Below, one piece after another: positions 47,526 through 48,645 of a stretch of 48,645 nucleotides of DNA. Each line of letters opens with the position of its first letter. The stretch's first letter is position 1. Source of the stretch: Saprolegnia diclina VS20 (lineage: Eukaryota). The translations under genes were made by a program, and so were the position numbers. Below the pieces are notes generated by a model that worked only from the letters and a program-made list of their open reading frames with translations, made no database searches and had not been told where the DNA came from. The stretch is taken from positions 252,709 through 301,353 of the forward strand of contig NW_008246068.1 in assembly GCF_000281045.1 (NCBI RefSeq). The letters run 5' to 3'.

Positions 47526-48611
47526 TTAGCACTTGGCGTTGGAGCCGGCCGGGATGTTGGAGCACGTGGTCGACTGCTTCCCGCCCGTGACGGCGACGCC
47601 GGTGAACTTCCAGTTGCTGCACGCGCCCTTGGCACACAGAATGTACGTGTGGGTGGCCGCCGACGTGACCGAACCCGTGATGGTGTCGAGCGTCACGTTG
47701 GTGATCGGGACGCCATTCGTGGGCTTGCCCGTCGGGCCGCCGTTGAGGTAGTCTTGCTCGATGACGATGCCGTACTTGCCCACGTTGGTGAGCTGGATGT
47801 TGGAGTACGTGATGCCCGAGACAGACCCCGTCGCGCCCGAGACCGTCTTGATGCGCACACCGTTGTCGCTGTTGACGACCTTGCTGTTGGAGATGGTCAC
47901 GTCCTTGACGACGTTGTCGGAGCGACCGCCGACCGACCCGATCGAGAGACCGTGGCCGCCGCTGCAGTAACCGTTGGTAAAGGTGATGCCCGTACCCGAG
48001 TTGATGGCGAGGCAGTCGTCCTGGTTGTAGACGATCGCGCCCGAGATCAAGACGCCGTGCGAGCTGCCGACGTCAAAGGCGTCCGTGTTGTGGCCGCCCT
48101 TGGAGTCGCCGAGCTTGTTGTCGATCGTAATGTCGAGGTACTTGGAGTTGGTGACCGTGTTGATCGAGAAGGCTTGGACGGGCGTGTTGAGGAGCTTGAA
48201 GCCCTTGATGGTCGAGTCGACGAGCTTGGACGACTTGAAGAACTTGGGCTTGGTCACGCCGCCGTTGCCGCCCTTGCCATCCCAGTACGACGCGCCTTGG
48301 CCGTCGAGCGTAGCGCCCGTGCCGTCGAGAGTGATCTTGGAGCCCGAGACCGCAATGAGCGGACCTTCCCAGTTCTTGACGCCAAACGTGGTCGTGCCCT
48401 TGAACGTGACGGTGGTGCCGGCTTGGAGGGTCGTGAGGTCCAAGGTGACGCCGCCGGGGACGCTGAGGCCGCTGACCGTGATGGCCTTGCAGCTCTTCAT
48501 GACCGATGCGGCCGACGACGCGCTGTAGGTGCCCGTGAGGGTGCAGCCGGCAGCATCCGAGCTGGTCATGGCCGCAGCGACAAGCAGCGCGAGGGTGGTA
48601 AAGATCTTCAT
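47526..48611 (-). CDS. Secreted endopolygalacturonase (GH28)
   Basis: Signal peptide and all four GH28 motifs: NTD, QDD, GHG and RIK. Intronless. Confidence 0.95.
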   Translation of the reverse strand: MKIFTTLALLVAAAMTSSDAAGCTLTGTYSASSAASVMKSCKAITVSGLSVPGGVTLDLTTLQAGTTVTFKGTTTFGVKNWEGPLIAVSGSKITLDGTGATLDGQGASYWDGKGGNGGVTKPKFFKSSKLVDSTIKGFKLLNTPVQAFSINTVTNSKYLDITIDNKLGDSKGGHNTDAFDVGSSHGVLISGAIVYNQDDCLAINSGTGITFTNGYCSGGHGLSIGSVGGRSDNVVKDVTISNSKVVNSDNGVRIKTVSGATGSVSGITYSNIQLTNVGKYGIVIEQDYLNGGPTGKPTNGVPITNVTLDTITGSVTSAATHTYILCAKGACSNWKFTGVAVTGGKQSTTCSNIPAGSNAKC

Positions 48612-48645
48612 ATGCTTTGGGGTGCTCGAGATGAGGCGAATGCGT

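Overview
Eukaryotic, GC-rich, gene-dense DNA with many short GT-AG introns. The gene content points to an oomycete, most likely Saprolegniales (inference): a mastigoneme/Sig1-like protein, an EPIC-like cystatin, a fungal-type GH28 and a TM-LRR-LNR protein. The left edge is degenerate, with a frameshifted LINE reverse transcriptase fragment and a frameshifted HET/TIR-like gene. About 14 apparently intact genes follow: RWD-RING-H2; triple-BED-finger hAT-derived protein; TPR-nucleotidyltransferase fusion; TM-LRR-LNR; OSCP1; WW-FYVE-ARM-Zn finger; a four-domain NALCN/Cch1-like channel; OsmC; ankyrin-anoctamin-B-box; a basic hypothetical protein; a mastigoneme-like protein; cystatin; ETF-QO; a DUSP-USP; and an endopolygalacturonase. 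The most notable items are the channel's D/D/K/G(E) selectivity filter, the TPR-NTase fusion and the apparently domesticated, catalytically dead hAT transposase. Exon boundaries were read by eye, multi-exon genes are given as overall spans, and no database searches were run.
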